Assembly (NCBI GenBank): GCA_900763245.1
Contig: CAAFJQ010000048.1
Coordinates: 1-41,041 of the forward strand
DNA length: 41,041 bases
Reading direction: 5' to 3'
Source: Bacilli bacterium
GTDB taxonomy: Bacteria; Bacillota_I; Bacilli_A; RFN20; CAG-288
Both the position numbers and the translations under genes were made by a program. The number at the start of each line of letters is the position of its first letter. Position 1 is the stretch's first letter. Below, in pieces: positions 15,888 to 24,192 of this stretch. Below the pieces are notes generated by a model. That model had not been told where the DNA came from. It made no database searches and worked only from the letters and a program-made list of their open reading frames with translations.

Positions 15888-18001
15888 GTGAAAACATGAT
15901 CATCGGTCTTGTCGGCAATCAGAATGCGGGCAAGACAACTTTATTCAACGCATTGACCGGTCAGAATGCAACAATCGGAAACTGGCCCGGTGTTACAATT
16001 GAGCGAAAAGAAGGGTATATCAAGGGAAGTGAAGACTTATTGCTCGTCGACACTCCTGGTGTCTATTCTCTTTCTCCGTACACCAGCGAAGAGAAGGTGA
16101 CGCGTTCTTTCTGTCTGGATTCCGCTCCAAACCTCATCATCAACATTGTCGATGCGACTGCAATGGAACGTTCTCTTTATCTTACAACACAGCTGATGGA
16201 ACTGGACTGTGATGTCATTGTCGCCATGAACATGGCCGATATCTTAGAAAAGAAAGGCATCACCATCAACTTTAAGAAGCTGGAAGAGGAATTAGGTGTC
16301 TCTGTTGTCAGAATCTCTGCAAAGACAGGAGAAGGCATCGATAACCTGATCTCTCTTATCAAAGAAAGAAAATACAAAAAGAATCCCAAGAAGCAGATTT
16401 TTGCACCCGATGTCGAAAAAGAACTCCTTCACTTACAGAACGATCTCTACAACGAGCTTGAAGACAAGAAGGAACTCCGTTTCTCCGCCGTCAAGCTCTT
16501 TGAAAACGATCCCTATTATCAGGCTCTCAGCAACGAGTCGACAAGAAAAGAGGTCTCCGAACTGGAAAAGACCTATGATATGGATAGAGAGCAGATCATC
16601 GCCGATCAGCGTTATCAATATGTCACAAAACTCAAGCAGAACTGCTGTATCGAAAAGGCAATGCCTGAATCGACAACAGACAAGCTGGATAAAATCGTAC
16701 TGAACAAGTATCTTGCGCTTCCTATCTTCCTCCTTGTCATCGGTCTGATGTATTTCCTCTCAGTCGGTGTTGTCGGAAGCATCACAAGCGATTTCATCGA
16801 TGCGCTGTTCAACGGCGCAATGACAATCGATATCTTCTTCCATGAAGTACCATTTGAAATAGAAGGTCTTGGACCATTGCTTGGAAACGCAATCGAAAAC
16901 GCAGGTGGCTCTGTCTGGGCAAGCGACCTATTAGCTAACGGCATCATCGGCGGTATCTCAACTGTTCTCTCCTTCATACCGCAGCTGATTACACTCTTTG
17001 TCTGTCTTTCCGTCTTAGAGGCGACAGGATACATGTCAAGAATCGCATTCTTCCTAGATGCCCTATTCAAAAAATTCGGCCTTTCCGGAAAGTCGATCAT
17101 TCCCTTCATTGTCGGAACAGGATGTTCTGTTCCTGGCATCATGACAGCGAGAACCGTCGAAAACCAGAAGGAAAAAGAGATGACAGCAATGCTGGTCCCC
17201 TTTGTTCCCTGCAATGCAAAACTTCCTATCATGTCACTTCTTGCCGGTGTTATCTTCCCGAAGGCTGCCTGGCTTGTCACCTTCTTCTGTTATCTCTTCT
17301 CTCTGTTCATCATTCTACTGGCAAGCATCATCTTAAAGAAGTTCTTCTTCAAAAAAGGAAGCGATTCCTTCATCTCCGAACTCCCTGAATACAAGCTTCC
17401 TAACGCCTATTATGTCTATCGTGATGCAAGAGACAAAACACTCGATTTCTTGGAAAGAGCCGGTACTACCATCTTCCTATGCACATTCTTAGTTTGGTTC
17501 TTCACAAGATTCACATGGGGCTTTGAATATGTCGGTCCAAAAGACAGCTTTGCCAATATCGATTCCATGAATATCTCCGCTTCGATTCTCGCCACTATCG
17601 GCAAAGGATTAGCCTATCTTTTTATCCCAGCATTCGGCGGACATTATTCCTGGGGACTCACAGTCTCTGCCTTACAGGGACTGATTGCAAAAGAGCAGGT
17701 TGTCTCCTCCCTCTCTGTCATCGCAGGAGGCGGAAACAATATCCTTGCCTCTTCTTCTCCGTTTGCTTTCCTTAGCACCATGGACGCCAATGGCATATTG
17801 ACTTCTCTTTCCTTCCTCTGCTTCAATTTGTTCTCGATTCCTTGCATTTCTGCTGTCAGCACTTTAAGAAGAGAATTGGGCTCTACAAAGAAATTGGTAT
17901 TCACCATGTCGATGGAACTTCTGATTGCCTATGTCATCTCCACCATCATCGGTACAATCGGATGGGCATTCAACGGATTTATGGGGGTTAGCGGATTATG
18001 A
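15884..18001 (+). CDS. feoB: ferrous iron transporter FeoB
   Basis: The N-terminal G-domain has GNQNAGKTTLFNALTG, DTPG and NMAD motifs. It is followed by a polytopic membrane domain, 705 aa in total. Confidence 0.95.
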   Translation: MSENMIIGLVGNQNAGKTTLFNALTGQNATIGNWPGVTIERKEGYIKGSEDLLLVDTPGVYSLSPYTSEEKVTRSFCLDSAPNLIINIVDATAMERSLYLTTQLMELDCDVIVAMNMADILEKKGITINFKKLEEELGVSVVRISAKTGEGIDNLISLIKERKYKKNPKKQIFAPDVEKELLHLQNDLYNELEDKKELRFSAVKLFENDPYYQALSNESTRKEVSELEKTYDMDREQIIADQRYQYVTKLKQNCCIEKAMPESTTDKLDKIVLNKYLALPIFLLVIGLMYFLSVGVVGSITSDFIDALFNGAMTIDIFFHEVPFEIEGLGPLLGNAIENAGGSVWASDLLANGIIGGISTVLSFIPQLITLFVCLSVLEATGYMSRIAFFLDALFKKFGLSGKSIIPFIVGTGCSVPGIMTARTVENQKEKEMTAMLVPFVPCNAKLPIMSLLAGVIFPKAAWLVTFFCYLFSLFIILLASIILKKFFFKKGSDSFISELPEYKLPNAYYVYRDARDKTLDFLERAGTTIFLCTFLVWFFTRFTWGFEYVGPKDSFANIDSMNISASILATIGKGLAYLFIPAFGGHYSWGLTVSALQGLIAKEQVVSSLSVIAGGGNNILASSSPFAFLSTMDANGILTSLSFLCFNLFSIPCISAVSTLRRELGSTKKLVFTMSMELLIAYVISTIIGTIGWAFNGFMGVSGL

Positions 18002-18189
18002 ACTGGATTGATTTTATTGTTTCGTTCTTTGTCGCTTTAGCTCTCTTAGCCGTTCTTTTCTATAAACTTTATCCAATTATCTTCAAAAAGAAACATCGTT
18101 CTAGAAGATCAAGAGAGATGATGCGCTTCTACAAAAAAGCAAAGAAAAAAGACCTGAAGAAAAGACAAGAAGAGGAAAAAAAGAGATAA
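17998..18189 (+). CDS. FeoB-associated small membrane protein (one TM plus a Lys/Arg-rich tail)
   Basis: Its ATG overlaps the feoB stop (ATGA at 17998-18001). It has one hydrophobic helix followed by KKKHRSRRSREMMRFYKKAKKKDLKKRQEEEKKR. Confidence 0.5.
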   Translation: MNWIDFIVSFFVALALLAVLFYKLYPIIFKKKHRSRRSREMMRFYKKAKKKDLKKRQEEEKKR

Positions 18190-18301
18190 AGCGGTTGTAA
18201 TAAATTAAGATCGTATAAGAAGACAAAAAGCTCATTCAACCCATCATAATTCACCGCTTTCTCTTTGTATTTCATTCGAAACAAGGTACAATTTTATCGT
18301 T

Positions 18302-19018
18302 ATGGACAATCAATACACAAGAACAGCCTTACTCATCGGAGAAGAAAAACTCAATAAACTATGGAGCAAAAAAGTTCTTGTTTTCGGTTTAGGTGGAGTA
18401 GGAGGAAGCGTAGTCGAATCCTTAGCAAGATTCGGTATCGGTTCTTTTGATTTAGTCGATAATGATACTTTTTCTATAACAAACATCAACAGGCAGATCT
18501 TAGCCACAAGAAATACATGTGGCAAAGACAAAGTCGATGTTGCTGAAGAGAGGATTCATGATATCAATCCTGATATCATCGTCAACAAACATAAGACCTT
18601 CTATCTTCCTGACAAGAAAGAAGAATTTGATTTTACGAAATATGATTACATCATCGATGCCATCGATACCATCACTGCAAAACTGGATATCATCGAAAGT
18701 GCAGTGAAAGCAAATGTTCCGATCATTTCCGCAATGGGTTGCGGAAATAGACTGGATCCTACGAAACTGGTTTTATGCGATCTCTTTGAAACCAAAGGTG
18801 ATCCGCTTAGCAAAGTCATGAGACATGAACTGAAAAAAAGAGGCATCACCTCTTTGAAAGTTGTCTATTCGACAGAAGCACCTACTAGACCGATAAAAGA
18901 AATAAAAGGAGAAGATCCGACCAGGAGAAAAGACGTCCCTGGTTCCACAAGCTTTGTGCCGCCCGTCGCCGGTACACTGATCGGATATCAGGTAGCCAAG
19001 GATTTATTGAACCGCTGA
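18302..19018 (+). CDS. tcdA: tRNA threonylcarbamoyladenosine dehydratase (ThiF/E1-like)
   Basis: The sequence VLVFGLGGVGGSVVESLARFGIGSFDLVDNDTFSITNINRQ matches the TcdA/CsdL pattern, and the length of 238 aa fits. Confidence 0.85.
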   Translation: MDNQYTRTALLIGEEKLNKLWSKKVLVFGLGGVGGSVVESLARFGIGSFDLVDNDTFSITNINRQILATRNTCGKDKVDVAEERIHDINPDIIVNKHKTFYLPDKKEEFDFTKYDYIIDAIDTITAKLDIIESAVKANVPIISAMGCGNRLDPTKLVLCDLFETKGDPLSKVMRHELKKRGITSLKVVYSTEAPTRPIKEIKGEDPTRRKDVPGSTSFVPPVAGTLIGYQVAKDLLNR

Positions 19019-19049
19019 AATCCAAGCCATCAAAATGAGGCTTGGATTT
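19018..19049. terminator. bidirectional hairpin between the convergent tcdA and SDR genes
   Basis: AAATCCAAGCC (19018-19028) pairs with GGCTTGGATTT (19039-19049) and is followed by TTCTC on the plus strand. Confidence 0.7.
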
Positions 19050-19051
19050 TC

Positions 19052-19858
19052 TCATTCCGCATAGATTTTATAAAGAAGATAGTTCCTGATTCTCTTCGGA
19101 AGAAGATAGTAGATACAGGATAAGAAGGAATCCTTGAATCCGATTTTCTTTGAATAAGGCATCTTCTTTCTCTTGGATATCTTAAAGGCTTTGTAGGCAA
19201 TCTTTCTAGCCGATGTTCCATTCTGTTCATCTATGGAAACACTCTTCAGACAATGTTCGAATGCTTTCTGATAGGGGCTGGATGAAGAAAGAAGTCCGCT
19301 CTGTCTTTTCTTTGTGAACTCTGTTTTTGCATCGCCGGGTTTTAATGAACAGATTTGTATCTTATAGGGATAGACTTCTGCTCTTAAAGCATCAAAGAGC
19401 GTATCCATACTTGCTTTTGATGCGCTGTAGAACGCCTGAAAAGGAAGTGGGATCAAGGAACCGATAGAGGAGGTATTGATGATCTTCCCTCCCTGTTTTC
19501 TCATATATGGAAGTACTTCCTTTGCCATCAGAAAAGAGCCGAAGAAAGTGACATCCATCTGTCTTTTTGCTTTTTCCAGTGTTGTCTCTTCAATAGGAGA
19601 GAAGATTCCAAAACCGGCATTGTTCATCAAGACATCGATTCTTCCGTATTTATCGATGATGTTCTTCACAATTCTATGGCAGTCCTCTTCTTTCGAGATA
19701 TCGCCGACTTGATGATAGACATTTTCCATCTCAAACTCATGTGTCGATAATCCACAGACTATGTCTCCGTTAGCGATGAAAAGTTTTGCCATCTCCAATC
19801 CAAATCCGGATGATTCTCCGGTGATAAGAACTACTCTATTGGTCTTGATATTTTTCAT
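19052..19858 (-). CDS. short-chain dehydrogenase/reductase (SDR)
   Basis: TGESSGFG cofactor motif and YSASK catalytic motif. I set the start at ATG 19858 (MKNIKTNRVVLITG) behind aggaaacaatc. Confidence 0.9.
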   Translation of the reverse strand: MKNIKTNRVVLITGESSGFGLEMAKLFIANGDIVCGLSTHEFEMENVYHQVGDISKEEDCHRIVKNIIDKYGRIDVLMNNAGFGIFSPIEETTLEKAKRQMDVTFFGSFLMAKEVLPYMRKQGGKIINTSSIGSLIPLPFQAFYSASKASMDTLFDALRAEVYPYKIQICSLKPGDAKTEFTKKRQSGLLSSSSPYQKAFEHCLKSVSIDEQNGTSARKIAYKAFKISKRKKMPYSKKIGFKDSFLSCIYYLLPKRIRNYLLYKIYAE

Positions 19859-20019
19859 ATGATTGTTTCCTGAAACACTGATGGATATTATAGACATTCT
19901 TATCTTTTTTGACTATGGTTATCGAAAAAAACCAAACTTTTTTCAATACACTTTTTTAATATATTCATTGACATTTTTTCATATTATCGAAAAATCAGAG
20001 CTAATATTACAATTGTCAA

Positions 20020-20071
20020 ATTGTTCATATATTGAACAATATTTGAACGAATTGTTCGATTTTGATATATT
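20020..20071 (+). promoter_or_regulatory. promoter of the SDR gene at 20101 overlapped by two GAAC/GTTC inverted repeats (operator candidates)
   Basis: The first inverted repeat is ATTGTTCA (20020-20027), a 5-nt spacer, then TGAACAAT (20033-20040). The second is TGAACGAATTGTTCGA (20044-20059). The promoter has -35 TTGAAC at 20043-20048, a 17-nt spacer and TGaTATATT with -10 at 20066-20071. Confidence 0.45.
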
Positions 20072-20100
20072 TTTCTCGTAGTTCAAGGAGGTAAAAATCA

Positions 20101-20886
20101 ATGTTTGACTACACAGGAAAAGTTGTCGTTATTACTGGCGCATCCTCTGGTCTTGGAAAACAAATGGCTGAAGGATTCGCAAAGCAGGGTGCTTCTTTGG
20201 CATTGCTTGCAAGAAGAGTCGAAAGATTGGAAGAACTCAGCAAAGAACTGAAGGAAAAGTACAACACTGATGCTATTGCAGTACGCTGTGATATCACAGA
20301 TAACGCTTCTATCGATGAAGCAGTCAAGGCTGTCAAAGAACATTTCGGTCACGCTGAAGTTTTAGTCAATGATGCAGGCGGTGAAAGAGGAACAGGAACC
20401 AAGGCTTTGGATTACAAAGACGAAGACTGGCTCTTCACATTGAATCTTGACCTCACTTCCGTTTTCCGTGTTTCACGCGCTTTCGGAAACCTCATGAAAG
20501 AAAACATCGAAGGAAAGAAACAGTCTTATGGAAGAATCATCAACATCGCATCTATCTTCGGACTTGTCGGCAACACTGCTATTCCGACAATCGCATATCA
20601 CACCTCCAAGGGTGCTGTAGTCAACTTCACTCGCGGTTTAGCTGCTGAACTTGCAACAACCGGTATCACCGTCAATGCTATCTGCCCTGGTTACTTCTAC
20701 ACTGAACTTACCACTGCAACACTTGACAGCGACTACTTCCAGGCATTCGCTCATCAGTCCGTTCCGATGCAGAGATACGGAAAAGAGGGTGAACTCAACT
20801 CCTGCGCTTGCTTCTTAGGTGCTGAAGAATCCTCTTATGTCACTGGCCAGATCATCGCAGTCGATGGTGGCTATACTTGTATCTAA
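20101..20886 (+). CDS. SDR family oxidoreductase (gluconate-5-dehydrogenase/FabG-like)
   Basis: TGASSGLG and YHTSK motifs, an aaggagg SD and a length of 261 aa. Confidence 0.9.
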   Translation: MFDYTGKVVVITGASSGLGKQMAEGFAKQGASLALLARRVERLEELSKELKEKYNTDAIAVRCDITDNASIDEAVKAVKEHFGHAEVLVNDAGGERGTGTKALDYKDEDWLFTLNLDLTSVFRVSRAFGNLMKENIEGKKQSYGRIINIASIFGLVGNTAIPTIAYHTSKGAVVNFTRGLAAELATTGITVNAICPGYFYTELTTATLDSDYFQAFAHQSVPMQRYGKEGELNSCACFLGAEESSYVTGQIIAVDGGYTCI

Positions 20887-20909
20887 TCAAGTTTATATTA
20901 ACTTACAAT

Positions 20910-20936
20910 AGCGGAGAGTTTCTCCGCTATTTTTTT
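20910..20936 (+). terminator. rho-independent terminator
   Basis: AGCGGAGA (20910-20917), loop gtt, TCTCCGCT (20921-20928), then ATTTTTTT. Confidence 0.8.
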
Positions 20937-21120
20937 ATTATCATAATCATAAATGTTTTCATATTCTATTTATAAGTTGCTTCATATAGACAATAATTAT
21001 GCCTCCCCTATATTCAAAAAGCAGCAATGCTTATTCAATCATGTACAGAATTTTCTTTTTTTGTTCATCTTTTGCTTTCAGCAGAAAAAGAGTAAAATAA
21101 AAACAAGAGGTAATTATTTT

Positions 21121-22851
21121 ATGGAAAACAACACAAAGGAAAAGATCAAGACTCTCGTTCCGCTTATTTTGAAGTGGTTCTCTCTTTTCTTATCCTGCTT
21201 CAATGCCATCCTTTTCTTTTCGATGAGGCCGTGCTGGTCAGGTATTACAAAAGCAATAGGTTATGAAAAATCCTACAATTCATTCCTTCTTGCAGTTCCC
21301 CTCATCTTCTTTATTCTCTTCTTCCTTCTGATGGTGACAGATATCGTTCTCTTCTTTGTTCTCAGAAAAAAGAATCTATGGAACTACATTCTCTTACCGA
21401 TCAATGTCATCGTCTTCATCATCATTATGGTTGTTTTTGCAATGGGTGCAAAAGACTATTCCCGTTTCATCTTCACAAACTTCTATCATACGATTCTTCT
21501 TCTCATCCCCATTGCCATTCTTGTCTTCCTTCTCTTCTTCTATCCGAAGACAAAACTTGCAGAGAACAAAATCTTCAAGTATTCGTTATTAGGAGTTCTT
21601 CTTCTCTCCTTCTGCTTCTATTCCTTCAACATCAGAATCAACACAATATCCTATGAGCCTGTTGTCTATATTGTCGAAGACAATTATCAGATTGTCTTCT
21701 CAACAAGCAATGTCTCCTCTGGATATGTCGAAGTCAACGGAAAGAAGTATTATGACCTATATGCCGGAAGTCAGAAATCTGAAGAACGCGTCCATAAAGT
21801 CACGGTTCCGATGAGTGAATTGGATAAAGCCAAAGAATACAAAGTCTATTCACAAGGATACCTTTATCGCGGGCCTTGGGGCGCGATAAAAGGGAATCTT
21901 GTCTCAAAATCCTATTCCTTCAGACCAATCGATACTTCAGATGGACTCAATTACTATAATTTCTCCGATATCCATATGGATCTCACTGGTGCCAAAAATG
22001 CGATCAAGATCGATCCTGACATGGAGCTTCTTGTATTAGGAGGAGACATCATCTCCTATGTGAACACCTATGAAGATGCCAATTATGCAAACAAAGTCGC
22101 CTATGAACTCACCAAAGGAGAGATTCCTGTCATCTATGCCAGAGGCAATCATGAGATCAAAGGGAAATACTCGGAAGATCTTTATAAATACGTCGGAAGC
22201 AAAGATGAAAAATTCTATTACAGCTTCCATTTCGGAAATGTCTATGGTTGGGTTCTTGATATCGGTGAGGATCATGATGACGACTGGTGGGAGTATTATG
22301 ATTCTGCTGATTTTGAAAGTTATCGAAATGAGCAGATCCAGTTCCTTGAAGAAGAAAAGAACAAAGGCGATTACTTATCCTATGATTACCACCTTGTCAT
22401 CTCCCATATTCCCCTTCCCTTCATCAACTCCAGACACAATCATGTCGAATCCAAGAAGAAGTTTGTCAACATCCTGAATCAGATGGATATCGATATGGCC
22501 TTATGCGGACATCAGCATGATATCTTCATATTCGAACCGGGTCTTATCACACCGGAACAGAAACTGACATACAACAAAATCTACAACAAGAAAACCTATA
22601 AAGGCTATCTCCTTGATTTCAATTTCCCGTCTCTCATGATTTCAAAGCATGGTCTGAACCAAGTCGATGACGGCGGATCACATAATGCAATGGTCGGCCT
22701 GATGATCAATGTCGATTTCAAAAACAATGTTCAGACCTGCTCCTATAACAATGTAAAGCAGGAAAAGATCTCTGTCGTGAATCCGTTCTATGAAAAGAGT
22801 TACGGAACCGATATCAGAATCGATCTGAACACAAATAAGTTCTTGTCCTAA
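21121..22851 (+). CDS. membrane-anchored metallophosphoesterase (calcineurin-like)
   Basis: About 6 N-terminal TM segments. The metallophosphoesterase motifs are SDIHMD, GGDIISY, ARGNHE and CGHQHD. I set the start at ATG 21121 behind aagaggt. The track start at 20953 lies in the preceding intergenic region, just after the 20910-20936 terminator. Confidence 0.85.
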   Translation: MENNTKEKIKTLVPLILKWFSLFLSCFNAILFFSMRPCWSGITKAIGYEKSYNSFLLAVPLIFFILFFLLMVTDIVLFFVLRKKNLWNYILLPINVIVFIIIMVVFAMGAKDYSRFIFTNFYHTILLLIPIAILVFLLFFYPKTKLAENKIFKYSLLGVLLLSFCFYSFNIRINTISYEPVVYIVEDNYQIVFSTSNVSSGYVEVNGKKYYDLYAGSQKSEERVHKVTVPMSELDKAKEYKVYSQGYLYRGPWGAIKGNLVSKSYSFRPIDTSDGLNYYNFSDIHMDLTGAKNAIKIDPDMELLVLGGDIISYVNTYEDANYANKVAYELTKGEIPVIYARGNHEIKGKYSEDLYKYVGSKDEKFYYSFHFGNVYGWVLDIGEDHDDDWWEYYDSADFESYRNEQIQFLEEEKNKGDYLSYDYHLVISHIPLPFINSRHNHVESKKKFVNILNQMDIDMALCGHQHDIFIFEPGLITPEQKLTYNKIYNKKTYKGYLLDFNFPSLMISKHGLNQVDDGGSHNAMVGLMINVDFKNNVQTCSYNNVKQEKISVVNPFYEKSYGTDIRIDLNTNKFLS

Positions 22852-22909
22852 TAAGTCAAAAAAGTCACAACATGTGTTCAATTAGAACCCAAATTCATCA
22901 CTTTGATGA

Positions 22910-23452
22910 TTGAATTGCAATCATCGTTTCGTTCTGAATAAAGTTTCCTACCATGAACATTGTGCAATCGAAATCATTGGAAAGAGCTTAAGAGCTGCTG
23001 TCAACAATGATCCTGACGGAAGAGAAGGAATGGCTTTAGGTCAGTATATCGCCGGTATGGGATTCTCCAATGTTGGCTTAGGTATCGACCATGCTATGGC
23101 TCATACCCTCTCTGCTTACTATGATGTCCCACATGGAAAAGCATGCGCTATGCTTCTTCCTATCGCTATGGAATTCAATGCCCCTGTCTCTAGAGCCAAG
23201 TACAAAGATATCGCTATCGCATTAGGCGTCAAGGGTGTTGAATCCATGACTCAGGATGAATACCGCACCGCAGCCATCAATGCTGTTAAGCAGTTATTCA
23301 TCGATGTCGGAATTCCTGAAAAGTGCGAAGAAATCAAGAAAGAAGATCTCGACAACATCTCTCGTGATGCTCTTAAGGATGCCTGCTATCCTGGTAACCC
23401 AAGAGAAGCAACTCAGGAGCAGGTCAAAGAGCTCTTCATGAAGTTGATGTAA
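22910..23452 (+). pseudogene. 5'-truncated iron-containing alcohol dehydrogenase (FucO/Fe-ADH C-terminal half)
   Basis: AIEIIGKSLRAAV...GMALGQYIAGMGFSNVGLGIDHAMAHTLSAYYDVPHGKACAMLLPIAMEFN is the C-terminal metal-binding half of Fe-ADHs. The roughly 200 N-terminal residues are missing. Only a fortuitous TTG start exists, there is no SD, and only 58 nt separate it from the previous gene. Confidence 0.8.
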
Positions 23453-23470
23453 CCTAGATTCATGCTGTAA

Positions 23471-23508
23471 CACCAAAGAAGGACATCCGAGGACGTCCTT
23501 CTTTGGTG
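23471..23508. terminator. strong 14-bp hairpin between convergent transcription units
   Basis: CACCAAAGAAGGAC (23471-23484) pairs with GTCCTTCTTTGGTG (23495-23508). There is no clear T-tract on either side. Confidence 0.5.
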
Positions 23509-23514
23509 TCGTCT

Positions 23515-23541
23515 AAAAAGCCATCGCGATAAGCGACGGCT
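23515..23541 (-). terminator. rho-independent terminator of the minus-strand sugar operon
   Basis: On the minus strand AGCCGUCGC, loop uuauc and GCGAUGGCU form a 9-bp stem with one G-U pair, followed by UUUU (plus-strand AAAA at 23515-23518). Confidence 0.65.
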
Positions 23542-23549
23542 AATGATCA

Positions 23550-24191
23550 TCAGTCAAGCTGAAGTTCTTGTGCAATCTCGTAGAAGGAATCAGCTCTATA
23601 ATCGGCAATCGGACTCTTTTTGGCGTCCTTGATTGCAACTGCTGTCATATGAGCGTTCTTAGCTGCTTCAATACCAGCGACTGCGTCTTCAATGACTGCA
23701 CATTCTTCCGGTAAAAGATTCAGTTTCTTTCCTGCGAGGAGGAAGACTTCCGGATCTGGTTTGGAGTGTGTGATTTCTGTACCGTCTGCAATCTCATCGA
23801 AAGAATCGATCAATCTGATATTGGTGAGAATTCTTTTTGTGTTCTTAGAAGAAGAACCGATTGCAGTCTTGATGCCTTTTCTTTTTAAGAAAGAAAGGAA
23901 ATCCATGAATCCAGGAAGAATATCTGAAGAGGAAAGATTGCTAAGCAATGATACATAGATATCATTCTTCCTCTTCATCAGTTCTTCTTTTTCTTCTTCT
24001 GTATACTTTTTGTCAGTCTTTTCAAGAATGATTTCTAACGATGCTCTTCTTGAAACACCGCGGAGAAGATTGTTTCTTTCTCTGTCAAAGGGAATGCCTT
24101 CTTTATCGGCCATCGCCTTCCAGGCGCGATAATGGTAGTCATCAGTCGAAACGATGACACCATCCAAATCAAAGATAATACCCTTGATCAT
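23550..24191 (-). CDS. pgmB: beta-phosphoglucomutase (HAD superfamily)
   Basis: FDLDGVIVSTDDYHYRAWKAMADKEGIPFDRERNNLLRGVSRRASLEIIL and EDAVAGIEAA motifs. 213 aa. Confidence 0.85.
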   Translation of the reverse strand: MIKGIIFDLDGVIVSTDDYHYRAWKAMADKEGIPFDRERNNLLRGVSRRASLEIILEKTDKKYTEEEKEELMKRKNDIYVSLLSNLSSSDILPGFMDFLSFLKRKGIKTAIGSSSKNTKRILTNIRLIDSFDEIADGTEITHSKPDPEVFLLAGKKLNLLPEECAVIEDAVAGIEAAKNAHMTAVAIKDAKKSPIADYRADSFYEIAQELQLD

Positions 24192-24192
24192 A

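Noticed and set aside
16615-17280. Long antisense ORFs inside real genes: 221 aa at 16615-17280 (-) inside feoB, 190 aa at 11647-12219 (-) inside the helicase gene, 144 aa at 28027-28461 (-) within the SBP gene, and many 60-110-aa ORFs elsewhere.
   Set aside because: They lie wholly within strongly supported CDSs on the opposite strand or in another frame. Their composition is low-complexity (Ser/Pro/Thr/Ile-rich), they have no SD, and they carry no recognisable motifs. They are shadow ORFs.
18190-18301. Long-range complement AAGCGGT (18190-18196) / ACCGCTT (18253-18259) after the feo operon as a terminator.
   Set aside because: The 7-bp stem has a loop of over 50 nt and no T-tract, so it is not a credible intrinsic terminator.
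20044-20059. LexA/Cheo SOS box at TGAACGAATTGTTCGA.
   Set aside because: The Bacillota Cheo box is CGAAC-N4-GTTCG. Here the half-sites are separated by 5 nt, and the downstream gene (an SDR) is not a typical SOS gene.
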